Positions 20,326-29,890 of a DNA stretch of 34,519 bases are shown here, piece by piece. Source of the stretch: Actinomycetota bacterium (GTDB lineage Bacteria; Actinomycetota; CADDZG01; JAHWKV01; JAOPZY01); the NCBI GenBank assembly GCA_025963875.1, contig JAOPZY010000114.1, positions 1-34,519 of the forward strand, read 5' to 3'. Below the pieces are notes generated by a model. It saw only the letters and a list, made by a program, of their open reading frames with translations. It ran no database searches and was not told the DNA's origin. Position 1 is the stretch's first letter. Every line of letters begins with the position of its first letter. The translations under genes and the position numbers were made by a program.

Positions 20326-20682
20326 ATGATTTCGAAGATTGCCGTCCTGTGCTGGGAGGAGAGCCGCCCTTGGGTGAGCGCCCTCAGGCAGAACGGCTAC
20401 AGCGTGCCGTGGGTCGAGGAACCGAAGGGGGACTCGTACAAGCAGATCCCGCGCCTCGAACCGGACCTCGTTCTCATCGACCTCACCCGCCTCCCCGACC
20501 AGGGCAAGGCCATGGCCGTCGTTCTGGCGGGCAACGAGGCCCTCAGCGGGATCCCAATCGTGGTGGTGAGCGAGAAGGACTCGGCCACCCGGGGCCTCAA
20601 GGGCAAGGTGGAGAACCTGATCCTCACCAACCCGTCGGAACTCGTCACCGCCGTGAAATCTGCTCTGTCCGGAAAGGACTGA
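20326..20682 (+). CDS. Single-domain receiver (CheY-like) protein, atypical
   Basis: LRQNGYSV, PDLVLIDL, IPIVVVS pattern. Confidence 0.7.
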   Translation: MISKIAVLCWEESRPWVSALRQNGYSVPWVEEPKGDSYKQIPRLEPDLVLIDLTRLPDQGKAMAVVLAGNEALSGIPIVVVSEKDSATRGLKGKVENLILTNPSELVTAVKSALSGKD

Positions 20683-20719
20683 AGCCAGCGATCCCCCCCG
20701 ATGCAGTATCGTCCGCGGC

Positions 20720-21736
20720 ATGAACGGCAAGACGGTGCTGGTGACGGGGGGCGCTGGATTTCTAGGGAGCCATTTCGTCCGTCGTGCCCTCGCAGGCGGA
20801 GCCGCCCTGGTGGTCAATTTCGACAAGCTGTCCTATGCGGGTGACGTCCGACGCCTCGACGACGTGTCGGGGGACCCTCGCTACCGCTTCGTCCAGGGCG
20901 ACGTCGCCTCCGAGCCCGAGGTCGCCGCCGCCGTCGATGCCCACCGCCCCCAGGTCGTCGTCCACTACGCCGCCGAGACGCACGTGACCCGCAGCGAGTC
21001 CGCCCCCGAGCTGTTCCACCGGACCAACGTCGAGGGGACCCGCATCCTGCTGGAGGCCTGCGCAGCCGGCGGCGTGGAGCGCTTCGTCCACATCTCCACC
21101 GACGAGGTCTACGGACCCATCCGGCAGGGCGCGTTCGCCGAGGAGGACAAGCCGGAGGGCGAGGGCTCCGCGACGAGCCCCTACGCCCGCTCCAAGGCGC
21201 TCGCCGACGACCTTGCCCGCGCCTTCGCCGGCCGGCTGCCGGTCGTCGTCGTGCGGCCCACCAACGCCTTCGGCTCCCACCAGTTCCCCGAGAAGGCGTT
21301 CCCGCGCTGGATCGTCCGGGCGCTGCGGGGCCAGCCGCTGCCGGTGTGGGGCGACGGGATGTACGTGCGGCAGTGGCTCAACGCCGTGGACTTCGCCGAG
21401 GCGGTCGCCCTGGCAGCCGAGGCCGGCGAGCCCGGTTCGGTCTACAACGTCGGCCCCCGCCACGACCCGGAGATCACGAACATCGCCCTGGCCCGCTGGC
21501 TCGTCGCCAGCCTCGGCCTGCCGGACGACCGGATCGTGATGACGGCGTACGACCGGCCCGGCCACGACCGCCGTTACTGCGTGGACGCCACGAGGATCTT
21601 AGGCCTCGGCTGGCGGCCCGGCGACGTCTGGGAGCAGCTCGCCGCCACGGTCGCCTGGTACCGCGACAACGCATCGTGGTGGGAGCCGCACCTCGCCGTT
21701 GCCGAGTCGATCTACGTGGACGCGGCCGCGAAATGA
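20720..21736 (+). CDS. rmlB: dTDP-glucose 4,6-dehydratase
   Basis: TGGAGFLG, DKLSYAG, AAETHV, STDEVYG, YARSK, QFPEK, DRPGHDRRY. Confidence 0.9.
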   Translation: MNGKTVLVTGGAGFLGSHFVRRALAGGAALVVNFDKLSYAGDVRRLDDVSGDPRYRFVQGDVASEPEVAAAVDAHRPQVVVHYAAETHVTRSESAPELFHRTNVEGTRILLEACAAGGVERFVHISTDEVYGPIRQGAFAEEDKPEGEGSATSPYARSKALADDLARAFAGRLPVVVVRPTNAFGSHQFPEKAFPRWIVRALRGQPLPVWGDGMYVRQWLNAVDFAEAVALAAEAGEPGSVYNVGPRHDPEITNIALARWLVASLGLPDDRIVMTAYDRPGHDRRYCVDATRILGLGWRPGDVWEQLAATVAWYRDNASWWEPHLAVAESIYVDAAAK

Positions 21737-22254
21737 AGCTCGAGCCGGTCGACGGCATCCCGGGCGCGGTGCTCGGCACGCCGAAGGTCTACGGTGACAG
21801 CCGAGGCTCCTTCATGGAGATCTTCCGCGAGGACCTCCTCGGCGTGCCCTTCGTCCAGGCCAACCATTCGCGTTCGTCGAAGGGCGTGCTGCGGGGTCTG
21901 CACTACCACCGCCAGCAGGCCGATGCCTGGTATGTGATCGCCGGGGAGGCGCAGGCGATGCTGGCCGACCTCCGGACGCGCGGGGCCACACCGGTCGTCC
22001 GGTCGGTGGACCTCGCGGCGGGCCATCCCCAGGTGCTGTACATCCCCCCGGGCGTGGCCCACGGCTTCCTTGCCACGACCGACGTCGACCTCATCTACTG
22101 GGTGACCCACTACTACGACTCGACCGACGAGTTCGGCGTCGCCTGGGACGACCCCGTCCTCCAGGCGCCCTGGCGCATCGAGGACCCCATCCTGTCGGAG
22201 CGCGACGTGAAGAACCCAAGGCTCGAGTGGAGCTCCATCCCCGCCTGGTCGTGA
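21733..22254 (+). CDS. rmlC: dTDP-4-dehydrorhamnose 3,5-epimerase
   Basis: DSRGSFME, QANHSRS, GVLRGLHY, IPPGVAHGF, LSERD. ATGA overlap with rmlB. Confidence 0.92.
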   Translation: MKLEPVDGIPGAVLGTPKVYGDSRGSFMEIFREDLLGVPFVQANHSRSSKGVLRGLHYHRQQADAWYVIAGEAQAMLADLRTRGATPVVRSVDLAAGHPQVLYIPPGVAHGFLATTDVDLIYWVTHYYDSTDEFGVAWDDPVLQAPWRIEDPILSERDVKNPRLEWSSIPAWS

Positions 22255-23078
22255 CGGGCGGCCGCGGCCAGTTGGGCCGCGCCCTGGGGGCACGGGTCCC
22301 CGACGCCGTCCTCCTCGACATCGACGAGCTCGACCTGACCGACGGCGAGGCCGTGGTGGGCATGCTCTGCGACCTCCGTCCGGAGACCATCATCCACGGG
22401 GGCGCCTACACCGCGGTGGACGCCGCCGAGAGCGACCCCGAGGGCGCCCGGGCGGTCAACGCCGGCGGCACCCGAGCGGTGGCCAGGGCTGCCGCAACGC
22501 TGGGGGCCAGGCTCGTCTACATCTCGACCGACTACGTCTTCGGCGGCACGCCGGGAGAGCCCTACCCCGAGGACCACCCCACCGGACCGCTCTCCGTCTA
22601 CGGGGCGACGAAGCTGGAGGGCGAGCAGGCCACCGCCGAGGTGGAGCACCACCTGATCGTCCGTACCTCGTGGGTCTTCGGCGAGGGCAAGAACTTCATC
22701 GGCGCCATCCTGGGCGCGGCCCGCACCCGCGCGGAACTCACCGTCGTCGACGACCAGTGGGGCCGTCCGACCTACGCCGCCGACCTGGCCGGGGGCATCC
22801 TGGAGCTCCTCGATCGGGAGGCGACCGGCACCTTCCATCTCCAGGGTGGGGGGGAGCCCGCAACGTGGGCCGACGTGGCCGAGGCAGCCCTGGCGGCGGC
22901 GGGCTCGGCGACCAGGGTGGCCCGGGTGACGACTGCCGAGTACGATTCGCGCCAGACCGGGCGAACCGCTCCCCGCCCCGCCTTCAGCGTGCTGGACTGC
23001 TCGAAGGCGGCGGGCCTGGGCGTCGCGCTGCGTCCCTGGCGCGAGGCTGTGGAGGAATACGTGAAGGTGACCGCATGA
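22227..23078 (+). CDS. rmlD: dTDP-4-dehydrorhamnose reductase
   Basis: TGGRGQLG, AYTAVDAAE, STDYVF, YGATKLEGE, VDDQWGRPT, APRPAFSVLD. Confidence 0.93.
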   Translation: MELHPRLVVTGGRGQLGRALGARVPDAVLLDIDELDLTDGEAVVGMLCDLRPETIIHGGAYTAVDAAESDPEGARAVNAGGTRAVARAAATLGARLVYISTDYVFGGTPGEPYPEDHPTGPLSVYGATKLEGEQATAEVEHHLIVRTSWVFGEGKNFIGAILGAARTRAELTVVDDQWGRPTYAADLAGGILELLDREATGTFHLQGGGEPATWADVAEAALAAAGSATRVARVTTAEYDSRQTGRTAPRPAFSVLDCSKAAGLGVALRPWREAVEEYVKVTA

Positions 23079-23809
23079 AGGGCGTCGTGCTGGCGGGGGG
23101 CCTCGGCACCCGCTTCCACCCCGTGACGAAGGTCGTCAACAAGCACCTGCTCGACGTGTTCGACGAGCCGATGGTCTTCTACCCCATCCGCACCCTGGCC
23201 CAGGCCGGCATCCGGGATGTGACCCTGGTCACCGGCGAGGACATCTCGCAGTTCAAGCGGCTGCTCGGCGACGGCTCCGATCTGGGCGTGCGGCTCAGCT
23301 ACTCCTTCCAGGAGGGCGAGCGCGGCATCGCGGACGCCCTCTCCCGGGCCGAGGCCCTCGTGCACGGCCACCCGATTGTCGTGATCCTCGGGGACAACAT
23401 CTTCCAGGAGGACTTGGGCCCCTACGTCGAGGCGTTCGGAGACCAGGGCAAGGGAGCGCGCATCCTGCTGAAGCGTGTGTCGCCCGAGGACGCCCGCCGG
23501 TTCGGCGTAGCGGACGTCGCTGACGGCAAGATCCTCGGCATCGAGGAGAAGCCGCAGGCCCCCCGCTCCGACCTCGTCGTCACGGGGTGCTACATGTACG
23601 ACGACCGGGTCTTCGAGATCATCCGCACCCTGGTGCCGTCGCCGCGTGGCGAACTCGAGGTCACCGACCTGAACAACGTCTACATCCAGGAGCACACCAT
23701 GACCTACGACGCCCTCACCGGTTGGTGGACGGACGCCGGGACGCCCGCGAGCAAGCTGAAGGCCTCCATCCTGGTGGCGCTGGAGAAGGGCGTGACCTTC
23801 CACCGATGA
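23075..23809 (+). CDS. rmlA: Glucose-1-phosphate thymidylyltransferase (short form)
   Basis: LAGGLGTR, NKHLL, LGDNIF, EEKP, RGELEVTD, WTDAGT. Confidence 0.88.
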   Translation: MKGVVLAGGLGTRFHPVTKVVNKHLLDVFDEPMVFYPIRTLAQAGIRDVTLVTGEDISQFKRLLGDGSDLGVRLSYSFQEGERGIADALSRAEALVHGHPIVVILGDNIFQEDLGPYVEAFGDQGKGARILLKRVSPEDARRFGVADVADGKILGIEEKPQAPRSDLVVTGCYMYDDRVFEIIRTLVPSPRGELEVTDLNNVYIQEHTMTYDALTGWWTDAGTPASKLKASILVALEKGVTFHR

Positions 23810-23900
23810 GCCTCACCTGATCTGAAGGCTGGGCAGTCGTGCCCGGAGGCTGCGTGCGTCGCATCGACCCCCGGGCACCACTGCAAGCTGCCGGCCCGGG

Positions 23901-23978
23901 TCAGTCGTCGCCGGAGAGCAGGTCCTCGAGTAGTTCCTCCAAGCCTTCCAGCAGGCCCCCCAAGTCTCCGTGATCCAT
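23901..23978 (-). CDS. Candidate 25-aa acidic small protein
   Basis: MDHGDLGGLLEGLEELLEDLLSGDD; GGGGGA RBS-like sequence upstream; GC-rich hairpin directly after the stop (23870-23900). Confidence 0.4.
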   Translation of the reverse strand: MDHGDLGGLLEGLEELLEDLLSGDD

Positions 23979-24094
23979 GCCGTCCCCCGTCTTCTGCCCA
24001 CGATGGGCGCGTGACGTAATCAACGGTAACTAGGCTAAAACGCTTAGCCCGTTCTCTGCAAGCAAGCTGCGCGGATTTAATCTGGGCGCAACAT

Positions 24095-25711
24095 CTATAA
24101 ATACGGACGGTACCGGTTCGTGATGGGAGGGCGGCGGTCACGGCCAAAAGCGCGGCGAGTTATCTTGACGCCGGGCGGTGCCTGCCGGCGCTTGTACTCG
24201 GCTCGGTCCACCATCTCGACCACCCGCTGGACCACGTCGGCCGGGAAGCCGTCGGCGACGATCTCCTCGGGGCTCTGGTCTCCCTCGATGTAGGCCTGCA
24301 GGATGGGGTCGAGGATCTCGTAGGGCGGCAGGGAGTCCGAATCGAGCTGGTCTGCCCGCAGCTCGGCGGTCGGGGGCCGGTCGATCACCTCCTGCGGGAT
24401 CACCTCGGAGTCCCGGTTGCGCCAGCGGCTGAGGTCGTAGACCAGCGTCTTCGGGACGTCCTTCAACACTGCGAACCCGCCGGCCATGTCGCCGTAGAGG
24501 GTGGCGTAGCCGGTCGACATCTCGGATTTGTTGCCGGTCGACAGCACAAGCCGGCCGGTCTTGTTCGAGATTGCCATCAGCAGGTTGCCCCGGATCCGGG
24601 ACTGGAGGTTCTCCTCGGCGAGACCCGGCTCCGTGCCGGCGAAGACCGTGTCGAGCGTCTTCAGCATGACCTCGTAGGCGTCGTGGATCGGGAGGGTGAC
24701 GGTGGGGATCCCCAGCGCGTCCGCCAGCCGCTCCGCCCCGGTGAGGCTCTCCCGGCTGGTGTACTCGCTCGGCATGAGGACGCCGAGGATGTTGCCGGCG
24801 CCGAGGGCATCGGCGGCGACGGCTGCGGTGAGCGACGAGTCGATCCCCCCGGACAGCCCCAGGCATGCCCCGTGGAACCCGTTCTTGCTGAAGTAGTCCC
24901 GGACCCCGATCACGAGGGCCGCGTACACCTCCTCGGCCGATCCCATCTCCCGGGCGATCGGGCCGCCGGCCTGAGCACCCGCTCCAACGTCGTAGACGAG
25001 CAGGTCGTCGGCGAACTGGGGTGCCCGGGCGAGCAGCATCCCACGGGCGTCGAATGCGCAGGACTGCCCGTCGAAGACGAGCTCGTCCTGGCCGCCGACC
25101 ATGTTCACGTAGGCGAAGGCGACCCGGTTCTCCCGGGCGCGGCTGGCGATGAGGCGCTGGCGCTCCCGCCCCTTGCCCATGTGGTAGGGCGACCCGTTGA
25201 TGTTCACGATCAGCTGCGCCCCGGCCGCCGCGCACGCCACGTGGGGGCCGTCCGGGCTCCAGAGGTCCTCGCAGATCGTGACGCCGACGGGGACGCCGGC
25301 CACATCGGCGATGACGATCCCTTTCCCCGCCGTGAAGTACCGCTTCTCGTCGAAGACGCCGTAGTTCGGCAGCAGGTGCTTGTGGTAGACGGCCTCCACC
25401 CGGCCCCCGACGATGACCGCCGCGGCGTTGAAGATCCGGTCTCCGTCCCGGTCCACGAAGCCCACGACCGCCGTGATGCCGTCCGCCGCCGGGGCCAGCG
25501 CCGCCAGGGTGCGAAGGTTGTCCGTGACGAAGGAGGGCCGCAGCACCAGGTCTTCGGGCGGGTAGCCCGTGATGGCCAGCTCCGGGAGGGCGACGAGGTC
25601 GGCGCCGGCCGCCTTGGCCTCGCCGATGGCCAATTCGATCAGCCGGCGGTTCCCCTCGAGGTCGCCTACCGTGGGGTTGTTCTGGGCCAGCGCGATCCGG
25701 ACAGCCGCCAT
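24095..25711 (-). CDS. nadE: Glutamine-dependent NAD+ synthetase
   Basis: Nitrilase domain (PEL..GYPPED, YHK, ICEDLW) plus GLSGGIDS, ENLQSRIRG, TGNKSE, YATLYGD, AEYKRRQAPPG. Confidence 0.97.
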   Translation of the reverse strand: MAAVRIALAQNNPTVGDLEGNRRLIELAIGEAKAAGADLVALPELAITGYPPEDLVLRPSFVTDNLRTLAALAPAADGITAVVGFVDRDGDRIFNAAAVIVGGRVEAVYHKHLLPNYGVFDEKRYFTAGKGIVIADVAGVPVGVTICEDLWSPDGPHVACAAAGAQLIVNINGSPYHMGKGRERQRLIASRARENRVAFAYVNMVGGQDELVFDGQSCAFDARGMLLARAPQFADDLLVYDVGAGAQAGGPIAREMGSAEEVYAALVIGVRDYFSKNGFHGACLGLSGGIDSSLTAAVAADALGAGNILGVLMPSEYTSRESLTGAERLADALGIPTVTLPIHDAYEVMLKTLDTVFAGTEPGLAEENLQSRIRGNLLMAISNKTGRLVLSTGNKSEMSTGYATLYGDMAGGFAVLKDVPKTLVYDLSRWRNRDSEVIPQEVIDRPPTAELRADQLDSDSLPPYEILDPILQAYIEGDQSPEEIVADGFPADVVQRVVEMVDRAEYKRRQAPPGVKITRRAFGRDRRPPITNRYRPYL

Positions 25712-25854
25712 GCGCCCAGCGTACCCGCAGGGTGGTCGGGCCCAGCCCTGGCCCCCGATTCGGTCCTCAGAAATCGACTTTCTGTTTCACCACGAATAGC
25801 GTGGTCAGAGAATCTCGATCCGCTTACGGGTCTGGCTGGTACGCTGGCCATCAC

Positions 25855-26796
25855 ATGTCGGACAAGCTGGTCCTCGTCACGGGCGGAGCAGGATTCATCG
25901 GCTCCACCATCGCGCGCGCCCTCATCGCCGAGGGGACGCCCGTCCGGGTCTTCGACAACCTGATCGCCGGATTCCGCGAGGTGGTCCCGCCTGAGGCCGA
26001 GTTCCGGCTCGGTGACCTGCGCGACCCGGAGGCGATCGGCAAGGCCTGCGAAGGCGTCGACGTTGTCTACCACCAGGCGGCCCTGCGCAGCGTCGCGAAG
26101 TCGGTGGACGAGCCGCTCATCACCGAGGAGTGCAACGTGATGGGCACGCTCAACCTGCTGGGTGCCGCCGAGCAGGCAGGTGTCCGGAGGGTCGTCTACG
26201 CCGCCAGCTCCAGCGCCTACGGCGAGACCACCGAGGGGATCAACCGGGAGGATGCCGCCCCCAACCCGCTGTCCCCCTACGCGGTGAGCAAGCTCGCGGC
26301 CGAGTACTACTGCCGGAACTGGACCGCCCTGCACGGCCTGTCGACGGTGTGCCTGCGGTACTTCAACGTCTTCGGCCCCGGCCAGCACCCGGAGTCGAAG
26401 TACGCAGCCCTGTTCCCCGGCCTGATCTCCGCCCTGACAGCGGGCCGGGCGCCGGAGGTCCACTGGGACGGCGAGCAGACCCGGGACTTCACCTTTGTCG
26501 GCGACGTCGCCCGGGCGAACCTGCTGGCGGCCAAGGCGGACAGCCGGGTCGACGGCCAGGTCATCAACATCGGGGCAGGACGGGCCAAGAGCGTGAACGA
26601 GGTCCTGGCGACGATCAGCGGGATCATGGATCTCTGGATCGAGCCGGTCCGGACGCCCAAGCGCCAGGGCGACGTGCGCAGCACCCTCGCCGACATCACC
26701 CGGGCGAAGGAGCTCCTTGACTGGGAGCCCGAGGCCGAATGGGAAGAGGCGGTCGCTGCCACCGTCGGCTGGTTCACCACCGGCGCCAGGGGCTGA
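25855..26796 (+). CDS. NAD-dependent UDP-sugar 4-epimerase (WbpP/GalE-like SDR)
   Basis: TGGAGFIG, HQAA, SSSAYG, YAVSK, LRYFNVFGP, DGEQTRDF. Start ATG 25855. Confidence 0.9.
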   Translation: MSDKLVLVTGGAGFIGSTIARALIAEGTPVRVFDNLIAGFREVVPPEAEFRLGDLRDPEAIGKACEGVDVVYHQAALRSVAKSVDEPLITEECNVMGTLNLLGAAEQAGVRRVVYAASSSAYGETTEGINREDAAPNPLSPYAVSKLAAEYYCRNWTALHGLSTVCLRYFNVFGPGQHPESKYAALFPGLISALTAGRAPEVHWDGEQTRDFTFVGDVARANLLAAKADSRVDGQVINIGAGRAKSVNEVLATISGIMDLWIEPVRTPKRQGDVRSTLADITRAKELLDWEPEAEWEEAVAATVGWFTTGARG

Positions 26797-26838
26797 GCGC
26801 CGGAAGTTCCCACGTGCCCGCCGACCCCATATAGCTCC

Positions 26839-28731
26839 ATGTGCGGCATCGCAGGCTACGCCGGCAGCAACCCCCCCGACGCCGCCACGCTCCGGCGCAT
26901 GTGCGACGCCCTCGTCCACCGGGGGCCCGACCAGGACGGCTACCTCCTCGGCGACCATGTGGCCCTCGGCATGCGGCGCCTCTCCATCATCGGCGTCGAG
27001 AGCGGGCGCCAGCCCATCTACAACGAGGACCGAACCATCGCCGTCGTCTACAACGGCGAGGTCTACAACTTCACAGAGCTGCGGGCCGAGCTGGAAGGCA
27101 AGGGGCACCGCTTCGCGACCGCCACCGACACGGAGTGCATCGTCCACCTCTACGAGGAGCACGGGGAGCGCTGCGTGGAGCACCTCCGCGGCATGTTCGC
27201 CTTCGCCCTCTGGGACGAGCGCCGGCAGCGGCTCCTCCTGGCCCGGGACCGGGTTGGCAAGAAGCCCCTCCTGTATCGGGCGACGCCCGACGGCATCTGG
27301 TTCGCCTCGGAGCTGAAGGCCCTGCTGCTCGACGAGACGATGCCGCGGGCCGTCGACCCGCTGGCGCTGCACAGCTACCTCACCTACGGCTACGTCCCGG
27401 CCCCCCAGTGCATCGTGGCCGGGGTGCGCAAGCTGCCGGCGGCCCACACGCTCTCATGGCACAACGGCATCGCGGAGGAGCGCCGCTACTGGCGCCTGCA
27501 GTACGAGCCCAAGCAGAGGATCTCAGAGCCCGAGGCGGTGGAGGCGGTGCGGGAGCTGATCCGGGAGGCAACGCGCATCCGCCTGGTGTCGGAGCGGCCG
27601 CTGGGGGCATTCCTCTCGGGAGGCATCGACTCCTCCGTGGTGGTGGCCGCCATGGCCGAGGCGACGTCGCAGCCCGTCAAGACCTTCTCGATCGGCTTCG
27701 AGGACGCCCGCTACGACGAGCGATCCTTTGCCCGCCTCGTTGCAGACCGGTTCTCCACCGACCACGAGGAGCTGGTCGTCACCCCCGACATCGCCGAGCT
27801 GATGCCCCGGCTCACGTGGCACTACGACGAGCCGTTCGCCGACTCCTCGGCCGTCCCGAGCTTCTCCCTCGCCGAGATGGCGCGCCGCCACGTGGTCGTC
27901 GCCCTGAACGGCGACGGTGGCGACGAGTCCTTCGGCGGCTACGACCGCTACGTCGCGCAGCGCCTCGCGGCCCGCATCCACGTCGGGGATTCCGTGGCGA
28001 GGGTGGGCCGCCGGGCGGTGGCGGCGCTGCCGTCCGGCCAGCACCGCTCGTCGATGCGGCGGGTGAAGCGCTTCCTCAACTTCAGCCTCACACCGCCGGC
28101 CACCCGGTACGCCGAGGTCGTCGCCGCCTTCACGAACGCGGACAAGGAGCAGCTCTACTCCGACGAGATGTGGGAGGCGATCGGGGGCCTCGACGCCTAC
28201 GACCTCCTCACCGGCGTCTTCTCCGACTCGGCGGCCACCGACCCGGCCGACGCGGCCATGGACGTCGACGTGCAGACGTACCTGCCCGGCGACCTGCTCG
28301 TGAAGATGGACATCGCCACGATGGCGAACTCGCTGGAGGCGCGCTCGCCGCTGCTCGACCACAAGGTGATGGAGTTTGCCGCCTCCCTGCCGGCGGACAT
28401 GAAGATCCGGGGGCGCACCAGCAAGTGGCTGCTGAAGCAGGCGGGCCGGGGCTGGATCCCCGACGCGGTCCTCGACCGGCCGAAGATGGGCTTCGGGGTC
28501 CCCGTGGCCGCCTGGCTGCGCAACGAGCTGCGGGACCTCGTGCACGACGCCCTCACCGACGTCACCGCCCGAGGCCGGCCCTACTTCGAGCCGGCGACGG
28601 TCGACCGGCTCCTCGAGGAGCACGACTCCGGCGCCGACCACGGCGCCAAGTTGTGGACGCTGCTCTGCTTCGAGCTCTGGCAACGGGCGTTCGTGGACCA
28701 CCTGGCCGTCCCGCCCGTCTGGGAGCCCTGA
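26839..28731 (+). CDS. asnB: Asparagine-synthase-like glutamine amidotransferase
   Basis: MCGIAG, HRGPD, RRLSII, NGEVYN, RDRVGKKPL, LSGGIDSS, EPFADSS, SLEARSPLLD. Confidence 0.9.
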   Translation: MCGIAGYAGSNPPDAATLRRMCDALVHRGPDQDGYLLGDHVALGMRRLSIIGVESGRQPIYNEDRTIAVVYNGEVYNFTELRAELEGKGHRFATATDTECIVHLYEEHGERCVEHLRGMFAFALWDERRQRLLLARDRVGKKPLLYRATPDGIWFASELKALLLDETMPRAVDPLALHSYLTYGYVPAPQCIVAGVRKLPAAHTLSWHNGIAEERRYWRLQYEPKQRISEPEAVEAVRELIREATRIRLVSERPLGAFLSGGIDSSVVVAAMAEATSQPVKTFSIGFEDARYDERSFARLVADRFSTDHEELVVTPDIAELMPRLTWHYDEPFADSSAVPSFSLAEMARRHVVVALNGDGGDESFGGYDRYVAQRLAARIHVGDSVARVGRRAVAALPSGQHRSSMRRVKRFLNFSLTPPATRYAEVVAAFTNADKEQLYSDEMWEAIGGLDAYDLLTGVFSDSAATDPADAAMDVDVQTYLPGDLLVKMDIATMANSLEARSPLLDHKVMEFAASLPADMKIRGRTSKWLLKQAGRGWIPDAVLDRPKMGFGVPVAAWLRNELRDLVHDALTDVTARGRPYFEPATVDRLLEEHDSGADHGAKLWTLLCFELWQRAFVDHLAVPPVWEP

Positions 28732-28732
28732 G

Positions 28733-29890
28733 GTGCGAGTCCTGCGGGTCATCACGAGGCTGAACATCGGGGGCCCCGCCCGGCAGGCCCTGATGCTGCA
28801 CCGGGTGCTGCCCGAGCGCGGTTACGAGTGCGAGCTGGTGTCGGGGGCGCCGCAAACGGAGGAGGGGGCGTTCCCACCCCCGGCCGAGCGCTACACCCTG
28901 GTCGAGTCCCTGCGACGGGAGACGGACTTCCTCGCCGACGCCCGTGCGATCCACACGCTCACCCGCCTGATGCGGGCGAGCCGCCCGGACGTCGTGCACA
29001 CCCACACCACGACCGCAGGGGGCCTCGGGCGCATCGCCGCCCGCCGGGCCAAGGTCCCGGTGACGGTGCACACCTTCCACGGTCACGTCCTGTCCGGCTA
29101 CCTCTCCGGCCCGCAGACCAGGGCGCTGACGGCGGCCGAGCGTGCCCTGGCGAAACGAACCGATGCGCTGGTGTCGGTCTCCACCCGGGTGCGCGACGAG
29201 CTGCTCGCCCTCGGCATCGGCAGGCCCGAGCAGTGGCGGGTCGTCCCGCTCGGCCTCGAGCTCGGCGAGCTCCTCGGTGGGCCGGCGGAACGCTCCGCGT
29301 CGCGCGCGGCCCTCGGCCTGCCCCCGGAGGCGCCGCTCGTGGGCATCGTCGGGCGCCTGGCTGCGATCAAGGACCACGGCACGTTCCTGGCGATGGCGGC
29401 GAGGCTGGCGGCAGCCCGCACGGACGTCTCCTTCGTCGTCGCGGGCGACGGAAGCCTGCGGGGGTCCCTGGAGGCGGAGGCGAAGTCCCTGCTCGGCAAC
29501 CGGATCCGGTTCCTGGGTTGGGCGACCGATCTGCCGGTGCTCTACGGCGCCCTCGACGTGGTGGTGCTCACCTCCCGCAACGAGGGCACCCCGGTTGCGC
29601 TTATCGAGGCGGGGGCCGCGGGCCGTCCGGTGGTCGCAACCGACGTCGGCGGCGTGGCCGAGGTCGTCCGCGACGGTGCGTCGGGATTCGTCGTGCCGCC
29701 CGGCGACGCGGCGGCACTGGCGGCCCGGGTGGGCACCCTCCTGGACGACCCCGAGGCGGCCCGGGCGATGGGCCTGGCCGGGCGGGAGTGGGTGCGGGCC
29801 CGCTTCGGCTCGGAGCGCCTCGTCGATGACCTGACCGCCCTCTACGGGGAGCTGACGGACGCCCGAGGCGCCCCTCGAGGCGCCGGATGA
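28733..29890 (+). CDS. Glycosyltransferase family 4
   Basis: ITRLNIGGPA, HTFHGH, GRLAAIKDH, SRNEGTPVALIEA, TDVGG. Confidence 0.92.
   Translation: MRVLRVITRLNIGGPARQALMLHRVLPERGYECELVSGAPQTEEGAFPPPAERYTLVESLRRETDFLADARAIHTLTRLMRASRPDVVHTHTTTAGGLGRIAARRAKVPVTVHTFHGHVLSGYLSGPQTRALTAAERALAKRTDALVSVSTRVRDELLALGIGRPEQWRVVPLGLELGELLGGPAERSASRAALGLPPEAPLVGIVGRLAAIKDHGTFLAMAARLAAARTDVSFVVAGDGSLRGSLEAEAKSLLGNRIRFLGWATDLPVLYGALDVVVLTSRNEGTPVALIEAGAAGRPVVATDVGGVAEVVRDGASGFVVPPGDAAALAARVGTLLDDPEAARAMGLAGREWVRARFGSERLVDDLTALYGELTDARGAPRGAG

Noticed and set aside
23813..24001. 62-aa minus-strand ORF in the track
   Set aside because: Arg/Trp-rich and non-coding-like; the overlapping 25-aa frame has a better RBS and composition.
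25773..25819. Hairpin ACCACG-AATAG-CGTGGT with TTCTG/CAGAGAA flanks between nadE and the epimerase
   Set aside because: It has a 5-nt centre but needs bulges and lacks the TTCTTTG/CAAAGAA ends at 47-bp spacing; at most a decayed relative.
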